From Scyliorhinus canicula (lineage: Eukaryota), in assembly GCF_902713615.1 (NCBI RefSeq), contig NW_024056015.1, positions 130,252-188,000 of the forward strand: a stretch of 57,749 nt of DNA, in the 5' to 3' direction. This document shows positions 25,760 to 37,139 of the stretch, piece by piece. The notes under the pieces are model-generated. The model worked only from the letters and a program-made list of their open reading frames with translations. It searched no databases and was not told the origin of the DNA. The stretch's first letter is position 1, and each line of letters opens with the position of its first letter. The position numbers and the translations under genes were made by a program.

Positions 25760-26085
25760 GAATCATACAATTTACAGTATAGAAGGAGACCATTCGGCTC
25801 ATCGAGTCTGTACCAGCCCTTGCAAAGAGGCCCCTACTTAACACGACACTTCCACCTTATTCTCGTAACCTAGGAACCCGACATAACCTTTTGGACTTTA
25901 AGGGGCAATTTAGCATGGCCAGTCAACCTGACCTGCACATCTTCGGACTGTGGGAGGAAACTGGATCACCCAGAATAAGTCTACGCAGACACGGGGAGAA
26001 TGTGCAGGCTCCGCACAGACAGACACCCAAGCCAGGAATCGAACCTGGACCCTGGAGCTGTAGGGCAGCAGTGCTAACCACTGTG
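25760..26085 (-). mobile_element. HE1-like SINE
   Basis: Same head, core and tail pattern as the other copies. Confidence 0.8.
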
Positions 26086-26759
26086 CACGACTTATTTTCA
26101 TACATAATCCTCTGACATATGACTGGAATATGAGATGATTTTTCATGTGATGGTAAAAATGAAAATACCTGTACCTAATGTGACGTTAATGAATCTTTAA
26201 ATCCCAATTTGTTATTACGCTGTTTTGGAAAATAATTCAACATTTGCAGCTGTTCACTGAGTTCCACAGTATTTCTGTTTTCACATTGATATGTTTTATT
26301 CTGGTGTCTTCACTAATTTGGGTAGAGACATCTTGAGTGACTTATTGTACATGAAATTATCACATGTTCCAAATATTGCAGCCGTCCAACACAACGTAAT
26401 CATGTTCCCGCTTTCTGTCTTTGAGACGAAAATTCACCATCAGCAGAGACAAGTCAATAGAATTGCAGGAATATCTCCAGTTTCCTCTTAGTGACGTCCA
26501 GCCCGTCGGTTCCCGATAGTCTGGGGATGGAATTCACGCAGAAAAGCTTAAGTCACCGAATGTATTAGACTGACACAAATTATAAAGGACCTGATTTAAT
26601 TTGTGAAGTCACCAAGCGCAAAACTGAGAATGTAGAACATCATCGTTCAGGACCATCTTTCCATCCATCCAACCCGATTCACGGATTCTTCAACCAAAAT
26701 ATTCAGGTAACCAAACAACATCCATCCCTACATCAGAGCAGTAAGCCTTTATATTTCGG

Positions 26760-27110
26760 TGGATAATGGGGGAGTATTAATGTCATTGGACCAGTACTCC
26801 AAAGGCCCAGGCTAATTCTGTGGGGACTTGGGTGCAAATCCCACCATGGACGGTGGGAGAATTTGAGTTCAATTAATAAATCTGGAATACATAATAATGG
26901 TGATCATGAAATCCACTCTGCTTCACCAATGAAGGAAATCTGACAACCCTCCCTGGTCTCACCTACACGTGGCTCCAGTCAGACAGCAACATGCCTGACT
27001 CTTCAGTTCCTTCTGAGCTGGCCCAGCAAACCACTCAGTTGAAGATCAATTAGGGGCAGGGATCACATGGTGGTCTTGACAGTGAGTCCCACATTCTATG
27101 GAAGAATAAA
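26760..27110 (+). mobile_element. Old SINE, SacSINE1/DeuSINE-like
   Basis: ..caaatcccaccatgg..gaatttgagttcaattaataaatctggaat..gaaggaaatctg.. pattern. A second diverged copy lies at ~15800-15990. Confidence 0.5.
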
Positions 27111-28873
27111 GGGGAAAAAATTTAATGTGCTGTTTATCTATTACAAAATGCACCCTCTGCCTCATAGTCTGTCTGATAGTCTGATTGTATTTCTATCCAT
27201 CATCACAATGTTATGAGATGTGGGAGAGATCCTCCAGTGGAATATTGCTGCTAAGAGGGGTCAGAGAAGCTGGATAACTCTCCTTTCCATAGAGATGGGA
27301 ACCGTTCACAGAGGTTCACAATTTAAAACATAAAATGATCTCCAGTACTGTTGCTGGGTAGATTTGTTTATAAATAGTCCTCATTGACAATGTTAAGAGT
27401 TTGAAGTTGGCTTGCAGCCAAGCGGTCAGTACTGAGCAAACAGATCTTTGAAAAAAAATCCAGATGTTTCCTGTAAACAACATTGAACATTCGAGCCTCT
27501 CTGACTGCAGGCGGCTGGATTGCTGCCAAATACTGTGTGGGGCAGATTAGCCTGAATATGAATAGCCAAAATGGGATTTATCCATTCGAACAATAAATGT
27601 TTCAGTCGCACATGAAGTAAACGTTTTAAATAGTGTTCCATCAAATAAATATATTCAGAGAATGTTCTGTTCACCCTGAGATTAAACATGATCGGAAAAT
27701 AGTAAACTGACCAGGTGCTATTTAATTTATATTAGTTCTGGGTAAAGGTCACTCTCGTTATGAAAGTCCATTTGTTAAGAACCTAATGAAGTGGGAGTGA
27801 GTGGTGTTGATTGACCCAAACCACAAGCCCAATAAGATAAGTGAAATTGTAAAAAAAAGTAAGTCAAATTAAAGGAATATCATAAATTTGTCTTGAACCC
27901 GACGGAATTCCTGGAATATTCTCCAAGTTGTTGATTTTATTTAAACGTACTCTTAGACCTGATCAGCGCTGTGTTGTGTACAGTTTAATTTGTGCTGATT
28001 TCCATTATTAACAGTCCCTCTCATTGCTGCCAATGAGTGGAGAAATGACCAGTTCATGACCTGCTTCAGTGGAAGATAAAACATTTATTCCTGTGATATT
28101 GTCGCAAAATCCTGATATCCTGTCATCCCAACACCAGTGAACGCCAGTGGCCAATAAAATTAGCAGCAATGATTTGGATGCTGAAGGATAACTTTACTGA
28201 TCACCGCGTCCGTTCTGATTCATTAACTTCTCTGTCAAAAGCTGGTGTGAATGTTATGTTTCTCTGTCAAGTCACTGCTGAATTATCAGGCAAGCGGCTT
28301 CTTTTACTGCTAATGTTCACAGGACTGCCTGAGGCTCAGGGGCAGTTCCAGAAATGTAAGGAGAGACATTGTGTAATGTAAGGAGCTTCTTCTTGTCGAC
28401 AGACCCACATTGTACAATGATGGCCATCCGCACTGCAAATGTAATCACGTTATTAATTTAGTTACATTTCGTCTGATAAATTATACTTTATTGTTGCAAT
28501 GGGATAGAGACCGAGAATGTTGCAAATCAGACAGACAGACGATTTATTCCCTGATAATGTAATTTAATCTGTTTATGTTCATCCTTTTATATTGAAGATT
28601 AGAAATAAAGAGACTTAATATATAATGGAATTAGATTTTACTAAGAGATGCTCAAATATAATTTTCCATTCGGATGAGGATAGACATTACAATGAATCCA
28701 TTCAGCCAAACGAATATACCGATACCGATCTAAATGTCTTTTTAAAATAATAACCTATAGTAAATATCTGAGTCCATTCTGTTGGGGGTGTGGAAGGTGG
28801 GACGTGGATCCAGTTGCCGCCTCCACCAAAGAATCAACAGGCAGCGCCTGGAAAGCCGCCCCCTTCTGCCGGG

Positions 28874-28881
28874 TATTTAAA
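28874..28881 (+). promoter_or_regulatory. TATA-like box of the IgM VH promoter
   Basis: TATTTAAA about 92 nt upstream of the leader ATG. There is no exact octamer in the preceding 500 bp. Confidence 0.5.
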
Positions 28882-28972
28882 TGCCGCTCACTGGGACCCG
28901 AATCCAACAGTCCGGGCGCTGGTTTGTTCACTGAGTTCCTGACACAACCATTTCCCCCAAATGGCCAGAAGG

Positions 28973-29018
28973 ATGAGGCTGGCCATTTCTCTCAGTTTGT
29001 TGCTGACTTTCTTATCCC
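28973..29018 (+). CDS. IGHV: IgM VH leader exon
   Basis: MRLAISLSLLLTFLS plus one C, followed by a GTGAGT donor (phase 1). Confidence 0.92.
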
Positions 29019-29042
29019 GTGAGTAGTTTTTATTGTCCAAGT

Positions 29043-29383
29043 GGGGGCAGCACGGTAGCATGGTGGTTAGCATAAATGCTTCACAGCTCCAGGGTCTCAG
29101 GTTCGATTCCCGGCTGGGTCACTGTCTGTGCGGAGTCTGCACGTCCTCCCCGTGTGTGCGTGGGTTTCCTCCGGGTGCTCCGGTTTCCTCCCACAGTCCA
29201 AAGACGTGCGGGTTAGGTGGATTGGCCATGCTAAATTGCCCGTAGTGTCCTAAAAAAGTAAGGTTTTGGGGGGGGGGGGTGTTGTGTTTTGGGTATAGGG
29301 TGGATACGTGGGTTTGAGTAGGGTGATCATTGCTCGGCACAGCATCGAGGGCCGAAGGGCCTGTTCTGTGCTGTATTGTTCTA
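29043..29383 (+). mobile_element. Full-length HE1 SINE inside the VH leader intron
   Basis: Near-consensus copy from ggggcagcacggtagc to gtgctgtattgttcta, with candidate TSD AAGT (29039-42 and 29383-86). Confidence 0.9.
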
Positions 29384-29476
29384 AGTCTCTCAGTGTTACT
29401 CTCTCTCTGGAATGTTCCAGAGTCACCAATCATTTCACCAGCATTAATCCTCGGGCTTTTTGATATATTTTTACAG

Positions 29477-29795
29477 GTGTCCAGTCGCAGGTTGTGTTGA
29501 CTCAGCCGGAGGCAGAGACCGGGCGTCCCGGAGGCTCCCTGACACTGACCTGTAAAACCAGCGGCTTCGACCTCAGCAGCCACAACACGTACTGGATCCG
29601 AAAATTTCCCGGACACGGGCTGGAGTGGCTGCTTAACTACATGAGTTCATCAGACAACAGCTACGCCCCAGCAATTAAAGATCGATTTACTGCGTCCAGG
29701 GACACTTCAAACAATATATTCTCTTTGTCCATGACGAACCTGAAGGTTGAAGACACCGCCATTTATTACTGTGCAAGCAGATCACTGCAGGGGCC
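29477..29795 (+). CDS. IGHV: IgM VH exon, open, with a long post-Cys extension (probable germline-joined D1)
   Basis: [106 protein letters not shown], a typical shark IgM VH framework. Confidence 0.95.
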
Positions 29796-29833
29796 CACAG
29801 TGCTGTGCTCAGCGACATCCTCATACAAAAATC
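29796..29833 (+). other. RSS with 22-nt spacer after VH(D1)
   Basis: CACAGTG, ctgtgctcagcgacatcctcat, ACAAAAATC. Confidence 0.92.
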
Positions 29834-30135
29834 TTCGAGAAAGAGTTTGTTCAGATGTGTGATCAGCGCCACAGCAGGGTTGTCAATGTAAATCAGGTTT
29901 AAAAAAAACAAAACATTAGTTTGTAAAAAGATGTAAAAGATCTTCCACTTTATCTCTGTTGACCGACACGCTAAATCTGCACAGATGGTTTAAAAGTGTT
30001 CCGATCCTCTTTATAAATGGAATGACCAGGACAAGCTGAAATAACTCACCCATTCGCTGTTGGAAGAGACAGAGTTCGGTTTTTGAGAGCGCAGTGAAAT
30101 TAAGTCTCTGTATTTTACAGTTAACAGTCTGCCGC

Positions 30136-30199
30136 AGTATTTGACACGCTGTGTCTCACTGTGATAACTAGCACAGCAGTTACTGTCAATACAAAAAGC
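30136..30199 (+). other. IGHD: DH segment (ATAACTAG, 30164-30171) with 12/12 RSS, D2-type
   Basis: 5' side: AGTATTTGA, 12 nt, CACTGTG. 3' side: CACAGCA, 12 nt, ACAAAAAGC. Confidence 0.9.
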
Positions 30200-30527
30200 C
30201 CCTCAGCACTAATTCACTGAGGCTGGCTCAGTGCCCTCTTTTACAATTTAAATGTATTTACAGTGAAGTATTATTTATTTCCATCACTGCCCAAATACAA
30301 AGAATGAACATGGAAAATCTGATAATTATTCATTAATCAGTGAGTGTTTTCAACAACATGTTCATGAAACACTACTCTGAAATATAAACCGGAAGGATAA
30401 TTTATGAAAAGCGAACGCTATCCACACATGTCATTATAATTTAACACAAATTCACCGTGACTTAACTTTGTCTCTGGGTTGTGAATATTAAAATAATGGC
30501 GGATTTCTGTCTATTTTGTGCAGATCC

Positions 30528-30614
30528 GGTTATTGCAAGGTGCAGCCCAGGGAATGAAACATTGTGGCGCCTTCGTATTCTGGGGAAAAGGAACCATGGT
30601 GACAGTGACTGCAG
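30528..30614 (+). CDS. IGHJ: JH segment (coding 30567-30614) with 23-RSS
   Basis: GGTTATTGC, 23 nt, CATTGTG, then AFVFWGKGTMVTVTA and a G|GTAAGA donor. Confidence 0.95.
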
Positions 30615-32504
30615 GTAAGAACCATTCAATAATTCACTAACTGATATATTTGAGTCTTTGTGTTATTTTCTTTCTATTTCAACAATTCATTCGTTCACTG
30701 AAATATTCTTTGGAGGACTCTGTATTGAGATTTTGTTGCAATGTTTCATGTGATTCTGCCGAAAAGGGTTATAGAATTACTGTGCCTGTTGACAAAGGTT
30801 TCTGCCGAGGGATTCAGTCCCTGGTTGTTGCGAGTTGATGTTTATTTGCTGAGGATACTGTGTGGTCGGGTTACTTTAAGTACCTACCGTCTATAAATCA
30901 GTATGACGTTCCTGTAATATTATATCTCGCTGACATTTAGTGGCTGTAAATTTCAGCTTCTAGTGCACAAGTAGTTGAAATCTAACTCAGTATTAACTTT
31001 CGGTTTAGTTTAACTATTCATTCACTTGATGACAGGGGGGTTTGGTGTGTTCCACATTGATGTTGTCTTGAAATGCTCTATGGTTTTGTTGAAAGTGTTT
31101 GTAGTATTGAGCTGCTTCTCCGTGAAACCAGTTTTAGTCCCTCGCTATGTGATTTGGTGTTTTACTGCTGAGCAGATTGTGTCTGGGTGACTTTGAATAA
31201 GGAAAATCTGTGAAACGGTTTGGCGTTTCTGCATTGTTTAACTCGGTCACATTGAGCGCTTACATGCTTTGTGGTTGAATACAAACAGTCTACGTGTTTG
31301 AATATGCTTCAAGCATGATTGCGGGCACCGACTTACAGATATTAGCGCATTTTTAATAAGTGGTGGTTGCAGATTTAACAAAGGCACGGTTTAAGACGCT
31401 CTTTCCGAACACAATTTCTTCCTGCAATAAGAGCTTAGCTTTTCTGTAATGTTTCATCCCGATGTCACCTGCTGTTTGCAGCTTTTACCATCTACTGCAA
31501 ACAAGAAGTGTCGAAATACGTTTCAAATATGGCCCAATACGAGTAAAATGTGGTGAAGTTTAAATATAATTTTTGGACCTATTGCACCGCCTTACAATGG
31601 TTTTGCTATTATTCCATATTTCTCTTTAGTTTGATACATTTGCTGGCGAGCTGATTTGCTGGATTCGATATTGAGATGTTTTTGAAATGATATGTTCGAT
31701 TGTGTTCAATGTAGAATTGAGCTGAAATGGGCTTCAGTCCCTTCGTGATGAGTTTTGGTGTTTTCCTGCTGAGGCGATTTTGTGTCTGGGTGACTTTCAA
31801 TAAGTCCAATTTGTGAAGTGGATTGGCTTACTGCATTGTTTCTGTATTGTTTATACTTGGTGGCATTAAGCGGTTACACGTATTCTGATTACATGCAACA
31901 GTCCACATGTTTGAATCTGCTTGAAACACGATTGTCGGGAGAATATACAGGTTTCGGAAATGAAGAAAGAAATTCTAGATATTTTGAGGCTTATTTAAAA
32001 TTTTAACTGTTCATTCTGGATTTAAGCAATCATTGGATTAATTCAGAACGCAATCAGTTACTGCAATCTCAAACTACTTAATTACAATGTTCCAATTGGA
32101 GAGTAACATTAATATAATTAAAATAATTATAATGCGGTAATATAACTCCATATTAACCATAGATGTTTCCATATTAATAACATTAATCACAATCGCCTTT
32201 CACAGATCTCCTGTGCTCTGTACACCATTAGTATCACCGGAAAAGTTTCTACGCTGGAAATGGTTTGTGATTATGCCCGGAAATGTTTTCATAATAACAT
32301 ACTGATTCTACAGCAGTGTTCTATTGCTCAATATATTTTGAATTAATTTTTATAATCCTGGTTATGTTTGTCAGTTGCTTAAATAGGAGTTTAACATTGC
32401 AGTTTGGCAATTTATGTATCCGGTTATTACATTTTTTTCTGTGCAGCCGCAACAGTATGATTTCTTCAATGTCATTTGTATTTGGATAGTGAGATAATTG
32501 TCAC

Positions 32505-33025
32505 TAATTGGATTGGATTTGTTTATTATCACGTGTACCCAGGTACAGTGAAAAGTTTTTTTCTGCAAGCAGCTCAACAGGTCATTCAGTACATGGGAAG
32601 AAAGGGGAATTAAACAAAATTCAAGAAAATACATAATAGGGCAACACAAGATATACAATGTAACTACATAAGCATTGGCATCGGATGAAGCATACAGGGT
32701 GTAGTGTTAATGAGGTCAGTCAATAAGAGCGTCATTTAGGAGTCTGGTGACAGAGGGGAAGAAGCTGTTTTTGAGTCTGTTCGTGCGTGTTCTCAGACTT
32801 CTGAATCTCCTGCCCGATGGAAGAAGTTGGAATAGTGAGTAAGCCGGGTGGGAGGGATCCTTGATTATGCTGCCCGCTTTCCCCCAGCAGCGGGAGGTGT
32901 AGATGGAGTCCACGGATTGGAGGCAGGTTTGTGTGATGGACTGGGCGGTATTCACGACTCTCTGAAGTTCCTTGCGGTCCTGGGCCGAGAAGTTGCCATA
33001 CCAGGCTGTGATGCAGCCCGATAAT
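32505..33025 (-). mobile_element. Rex1/Babar-like LINE 3' fragment
   Basis: IIKDPSHPAYSLFQLLPSGRRFRSLRTRTNRLKNSFFPSVTRLLN is a Rex1-type C-terminus. Confidence 0.65.
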
Positions 33026-33929
33026 TTAATAATAAACAGTTTTCTCAGAGGTGTAAATCTCTGGCAGTGAAGGAATTTTCTTCTGGTTTTATTTCAACTG
33101 TAGAAATGTTCAGATTGCACAGGGCGAGAGGTCGACAAGTAAAAGCTTGAAATTCAAAGAGATCAATATAATTACAAAAGGAGAATATTTACTGAGCAAT
33201 ATGTAATTGCAGAGCTGTGCTGTTTCCGAGATAGAATTAAAGAAAAAAAGACAAATGACACAATAGAAGAACAAATGATATCTGAACCTCATGTTTTTTT
33301 AAATTAAGTATTAAATTGAAGTAGAAAAGTTCTACTTCATTTGCTCATTATGTTTCAGTGTTGTAGACGATAAGAATGAATTGTTTTCACTATGTTTTAC
33401 ACTGATTAATTTGGATCTCCTTTCTTTAAGCAATAGTTTTAATAATTAACTTACAGGGATTGTCTGAGTTATGAACTCTCGGAAGCATTTTGACTAAGAA
33501 CAAACATCCAGGGACTTATTGATATATATAGTTTCGAGTTGCGACAGTTTATCAACCCGGAAGTGCCGCTTTAGCAAACAGATGATATACTATACATGTC
33601 TGTATGTTTCCATCCGGTTATTTTAAGTTTATTATTTAGCATTCCTGAAGATTTAATTAAACCAAATTATTTAACAAAGTTCCAGGTAGCAGAAGGATTT
33701 GAATTATAGAAAACTTTTTATTATCGTGTACTAATCAGCTAATAAGCCAACTAATTGACAATTAACAATAACTTGCAATACAACATCAGTACTAATTAAT
33801 TCAATATAAATAATCTCATCCAATTCAGTGGCACACTGGCGTTCAAAATATCAGAGCTAATAGAGAATATTTAATTAAATTGTCTCGAAAATGAATTCAG
33901 TAAACAATGTATTTCTGTTTTTCGTGAAA

Positions 33930-35460
33930 ATATTTTATTAAAGCATTAATCATTTTTGACAACAATTTTCAAGAGGAAAAACAACAAAGTAAATAACACC
34001 CACCCAACAAACAACCAGACCCAGCCAACATGTCTTACATGCACAGTTCCCCAGTCCCCCTTTCCCACCTTTGCCACCTCAACCAATCCCCCCTACCTCC
34101 CTCTTCCCCTTAGCCCCTCTCCCCCTTTGTATCCGCTGACAAATCCCCAATAGGTCAATAAACGGCTGCCACCTCCAGGCAAACCCTAGCATCGATCCTC
34201 TCGGGGCGAACTTGATCTTCTGAAGCCTGAGAAATCCGGCCATGTCACTGACCCATACCGTCTCCGGGCTACCAGGGAAGCAAAGGCCAACACATCATCC
34301 TCTCTCGCCCCCTGGACTCGCGGGTCTTCTGACACACCAAAAATCGCCACCGATACCTTTAATTCCGTGGACATGACATCGGCAAACATTTGCCAGAATA
34401 CCTTAAGCTTCGGACATGCCCAAAACATATGGACATGATTTGCGGCCGCCCCCTCACCACCCGCCACACCCCTCCCCCCTTTCTGCACACCGCCCACACG
34501 TATCCTCCACCCTTTTAAAGAACCTGCTCATACGTGCCGCAATCATATGCGCCCTGTGGACGGCCTTGAATTGTTTGAGGCTAAGGCTGTCACACGACGA
34601 AGACGCGTTAACCCTACTCAAGGCATTGGCCCACAATCCCGCCTCTAACACCTTGCCCAACGCTTCCTCCCATTTTCGCTTTACCTCCCCTATCAGGGTT
34701 TACTATTCCATGAACTCTTTATAAATTTCGAGACCTTCCACCCCCACTCTCGTGGGGACACCACCTACTGTATCCCCTGAAGCGGAATGTGCTGAAAGGT
34801 CGAAACCTGACTCCGTACAAAATCACTCACCTGCAGGTAGCTGAACCCATTCCCCCCGGGCAGCTCAAACTCCTCCTGCAAGTTCTCCAAGCACGGAAAG
34901 TTGCCGTCAATAAACAGCTCCCTGAACCTCTCAATCCCTGTTCGCTGCCACATCCAAATCCCCCCCCCCCCCCCCCACCCCGGCACAAACCGGTGATTGC
35001 CACAATTTGTTGCCCATACCGACGCCCCCTCCACTCCCATTGCTTCCGCCACAGTCCCCACATCCTCAAAGCTCCTCAAAGGTCCAAAGATGTGCGGGTT
35101 AGGTGGATTGGCCATGCTAAATTGCCCGTAGTGTCCTAAAAAAGTAAGGTTAAGGGGGGGGGGGGGTTGTTGGGTTACGGGTATAGGGTGGATACGTGGG
35201 TTTGAGTAGGGTGATCATTGCTCGGCACAACATCGAGGGCCGAAGGGCCTGTTCTGTGCTGTACCGTTCTATGTTCTAAAGCCGCCACTACCACTGGGCT
35301 TGTGGAGTACCAAGCCGGCGAAAACAGCAGAGATGCCATTACCAGTGCCCCTGAAATTGTGTCCCGACATGATGACATCTCCACCCGCTCCGACACCGAC
35401 CCCTCCCTCACTATCCATTTCCTGATCATTGAATCTATGTCACGGACAAAATACCCTTAA
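33930..35460 (-). mobile_element. L1/Tx1-clade LINE 3' fragment with a 5'-truncated HE1 SINE (~35076-35277) inside it
   Basis: QFKAVHRAHM..RMSRFF..VEDTCGRC and ANHVHMFWACPKL (CCHC region), with a poly-A end near 33930. L1 sequence resumes after the SINE. Confidence 0.85.
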
Positions 35461-37139
35461 TGTCTTATATTTGATGTGTTCATTCTCAGCGAAAATACAT
35501 TTTACACCGTTCAGATAGACAGTAAGAAATAGTTGAAAGGCGCCGTTCAGATAGACAGAAATAAATACTTGAAAGGCGACGTGACGTTTGAAACGAATAT
35601 CAGTTTAATTTGAAGGAGGTTATGGAATAGCTGTTGTCGAAAGTTGTCAATTTATCAATTAGAATCAAACAGTTTGAATTATTAATTCTCTTGTATGTCA
35701 GGGAGTGAAATTGGACTTATTTCATTTTAAAAACCTGTACCTGTGAGAAATATGGAAGTTTGACTTTACGTTTGAGGAGGCCCCTCAGAACTGAGATCCT
35801 TCCCGCAGATTGCGACAGGCAGGAAGAAAAAAATCAGAAATGCCAGACAAACTGGAGAAGATTCGGTTGCTTACTAACCAGTGATGTATCTGCCCTGGGA
35901 ATGTTAAATTTGGTAATGCAGAGAGATTTATTCTCTTTTAATCCGAGCTGTACCAGTCCTTGACCTAATTAATGGGACAGTGAAGAGGGAAAAAATGGTC
36001 TGTACTTTATTTTTAATCTTACTGAGCGATGTTCGAGTCGCTGGTTAGGCCAGCATTTATTATCTCCGTTTAATTGTCCCTTGAGAAAATTTGGTGAATC
36101 TTTCTTGCATCGCTGCAGTTTATGTGGTGTAGGTACACCCGCAGTGCAGTTGGGGAAGGATTTCCAGTCCACAGTGAAGGAACAGCAGTATAGTTTCAAG
36201 TCAGGATGGTGTGTGCTTTGGAAGAAATACGCAGGTCGTGGTGTTCCTATCCATCTGCAGCCATTGTCCTTCTAGGTGGTAGAGGTTGCAGATTTGGAAG
36301 TTGCTTTCTGTGGACTCTTTGAGAGTTCCTGCAGTGCATCTTGTATATCATACACACTGCTACCTCTGTTGGCGGGGTTGGAGGGAATGAATGTTTAAGA
36401 TGGTGAATGGGGGCTCATTTGGCCGGCGGCTTTTTCCTGGCCAGTGTTGAATTTCTTGAGCATTTTTCGAATTTCACTCATTCAGACAAGTCTAAGTCAT
36501 TCAATCACACACCGTACTTCTAGATGACGAAATGTCTTTCGGCGATTGTGGTTGAATTACTTGACACAGGATTCCTTGGCTCTGACCGGCTGTGATAGCT
36601 AGAGCAGTTATATCCAAACTGTATCGAACTCTTCCGTGGGCATACTTGATGGGATAATGTAGAAGATGTTTTATTTTAAACCAGTTTTGGGCCTCCATCT
36701 TGGCAGTCGGAGACAGGAGATTTGTGGGGATTTTACTTTGTATATTAGTTTGTCGCGTGCCCGACCTGAGAGCCTTTTCCTCGCAATTTTGCTCCAGGTG
36801 CTACGGTTTCCTCCAACGGTCCAAAGACGTGCAGGTTAGGTGGATTGGACATCCTGAATTGCCCTTAGTGTTCAAAAATGTTAGGTGGGGTAACTAAGTG
36901 ACTGGGTTAGGGTGGAGGTGTGGGATTAAGTAGGGTGCTCTTTCCGAGGGCAGGTACAGACTGGGCGGGCTGAATGGCCTCCCTCTGCACTGTAAATTCG
37001 ATGATTCTGTGAAAGGCTTAAGTGATTGTCCAACCGTAACCCGCGAGTCGCATTGTGCTCAAGTGGTCACCACACTCAGTGTCGGAGTGGATGGGAATGT
37101 GTGTGGAGTGTGAGGGCGAAATAGAAGATGGAGACTGCG

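Noticed and set aside
30078-30086. GGTTTTTGA nonamer-like motif as a possible D1 5' RSS
   Set aside because: There is no heptamer at 12 or 22/23 nt spacing.
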